From Eukaryota sp. GEM-RC1 (Eukaryota): a DNA stretch of 64,000 bases. The notes below the pieces were generated by a model, which saw only the letters and a program-made list of their open reading frames with translations, searched no databases and was not told the DNA's origin. Where the stretch lies: positions 248,001 to 312,000 of the forward strand of contig JAUFOQ010000016.1 of the NCBI GenBank assembly GCA_040285855.1, written 5' to 3'. Below are positions 62,321 through 64,000 of this stretch, in pieces (the first letter of the stretch is position 1; each line of letters begins with the position of its first letter). A program made the position numbers and the translations under genes.

Positions 62321-63018
62321 CAACAATGTAAAAATATCTTATTGTTATCTTATTGTTTTTCTGACATTCAACAATAAATATATTGTCTGGATTGATAACG
62401 TATCTTATTTATTGGTTATCTTGAGTCAAAGAAATAAATATATCTTCAATAACGACAGTAACAAATCACTAAGAGCAAGAATTTGATCACATTCATCAAT
62501 TGTAGCCTGATTGTATTGAGGTGTGCGATACTTTATTCAATTTTTCCAATAGAAGTTTGATCCCATAGATCAACATTGTACAACAAGAAAACTTGCTTTC
62601 CTAACGCTTTTGAGTTCAGATTTGGTTTAGTGTTTCCTGAAGTCCTTCTGAGCTAGACTGAAAAGCATCCCATCTTCATTTCTAGTTGCAGGTATCCAAC
62701 TTAAATCTATATGCTGTCGATTTTGATTAGTTCGTTGCTGTTTACGTTTGTTCAATCTTTTATTTAACCCAATGGTTCTCTGTTATCTTGGAGTTCAAAT
62801 GCTTCAACACAATCCTACTTTATTGTAAATTGACATCAAGAAAAAATCAGGTTACAACAAGAAAAAGAAAGTTCTTGAATTATCTTATCTTATTGAAATA
62901 TATCGTTTATTGTTGAGTTTTGAAGATAAATATATTGTTGAGAGAGATGTCCACAATAAGATAACAATAAATATATTTGTTGTTATTGTACAATATATTT
63001 ATTTATTTTACATTCCTG
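62321..63018. mobile_element. Putative non-autonomous hAT-like element with a damaged left end
   Basis: Right end CATTCCTG (compare CATCCCTG at 13533-13540); AATAAATATATTG-type motifs at both ends. Confidence 0.5.
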
Positions 63019-63585
63019 TACATATTATGTGCAACAATGGTCGGTTTCTTGTGATCACAGAACTGGATGGTTGAAAATTTCAAATGTATGATATGATGTG
63101 AATTTGTCGTATACTAATCGATTAAAACCTGGTAAATAGAAACAATCAAATACAGGGTGTCCGTATCGATTGTTTCCAAAACAAGTGAGTGAAAAAACAT
63201 TGGGCAATAAGAGCTTATCAATGAACCATTTAAAGTTACAGAACAATAGTTCATAAACAATATATAAATCTACTGTACTCTCAAGAGACACAATACACGC
63301 AGTGAGAGTTTAAACCAATGAAGAAGACCAAAGAAAGAAGACGTCCATCATTGCTCTTCTGAGTTTTTACGAGTGCTCCTTTCAAATGAGTGATTGTTGT
63401 GATTGATGTGATCACTATTTGTGAATGTGATGTGTGATCACAAATCACAAAAAGGGGAAATATTAGTGTGAAGATCAACTATCGCATTAATAGAATTTAC
63501 TGAAATGTCGAGACTAAGAAAATCGTGTGTAAACTGGAGTATGACGAGATGAGTCAAAATTTAGCACATAAACCGCATTTTTTAA

Positions 63586-64000
63586 ATGTCACACGTCCCA
63601 CTCGTCCCCTCTTTCGATACACTTTTTGCCCTGTTAAACGAGCCTTCTCTATCTGATCAAACGCTTATCTTTGGAAAAGAAGTTCTACAAGTAAACAAGA
63701 ACATCCTAGCCTCCAACTCTCAGTTCTTTCGATCTCTTTGGTACTTGGAGTTTGCAGACAAGTATGAAAATCCTCTGAACTTCTCTCATCTTAAAGTGAG
63801 TGAATCCTCTTTTGTCTCCTTCATCAAGATCATGTATGGCTTCCAAGTTGATGTTACTCAGAACAACTCATATGACCTATTCTATTTGGCTCATTACTTC
63901 ATGGTGGAAAGGCTGGTCAACCAAGTGGAACAAATTTTGATTAAGAACTTCCATGACAAGACATGGGTCGAAGAGTTTGTGTCAAGAGCAGATGAAAATG
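63586..64000 (+). CDS. BTB/POZ domain protein, 3' end runs off the window (absent from the ORF track)
   Basis: Manual translation: LSDQTLIF...VNKNILASNSQFFRSLW...FVSFIKIMYG...DLFYLAHYFMVERL. Confidence 0.88.
   Translation, partial: MSHVPLVPSFDTLFALLNEPSLSDQTLIFGKEVLQVNKNILASNSQFFRSLWYLEFADKYENPLNFSHLKVSESSFVSFIKIMYGFQVDVTQNNSYDLFYLAHYFMVERLVNQVEQILIKNFHDKTWVEEFVSRADEN

Noticed and set aside
1..64000. tRNA, rRNA, spliced-leader or telomeric repeats
   Set aside because: None recognised by eye; a covariance-model search would be needed to exclude small RNAs.

Overview
AT-rich, gene-dense and nearly intron-free eukaryotic DNA, probably from a flagellated protist (inferred from the compact genes and SHIPPO-type repeats). 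Recognisable host genes are WDR55, an ATG16-like WD40, a split ~11.4 kb TRRAP/Tra1, PCMT, AAGAB-like, threonyl-tRNA synthetase, PWP1 and MAD2. There are also two BTB proteins, an RNI-type LRR protein, a GH5, a HAD-fold protein and two large membrane proteins. Many CDSs are broken by single-base indels at homopolymers in both directions, which most likely reflects assembly error. The intergenic space holds many mobile elements with readable ends. The centrepiece (44786-54139) is a nested stack: a hAT element (8-bp TSD) contains a CRE-like non-LTR retrotransposon (8-bp TSD), which is split by a chromodomain-bearing Ty3/gypsy element (4-bp TSD). A second short retro-insertion (10-bp TSD) also sits in the hAT. 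The gypsy element has identical LTRs of only 75 bp and a perfect palindrome where a tRNA primer-binding site is expected. Also present are a DUF659-type hAT, a 90-bp hAT MITE, a pogo-like element, several 5'-truncated CRE-like copies that lack poly(A) tails, and candidate 22-31 nt introns. All calls come from motif recognition by eye; no searches were run.
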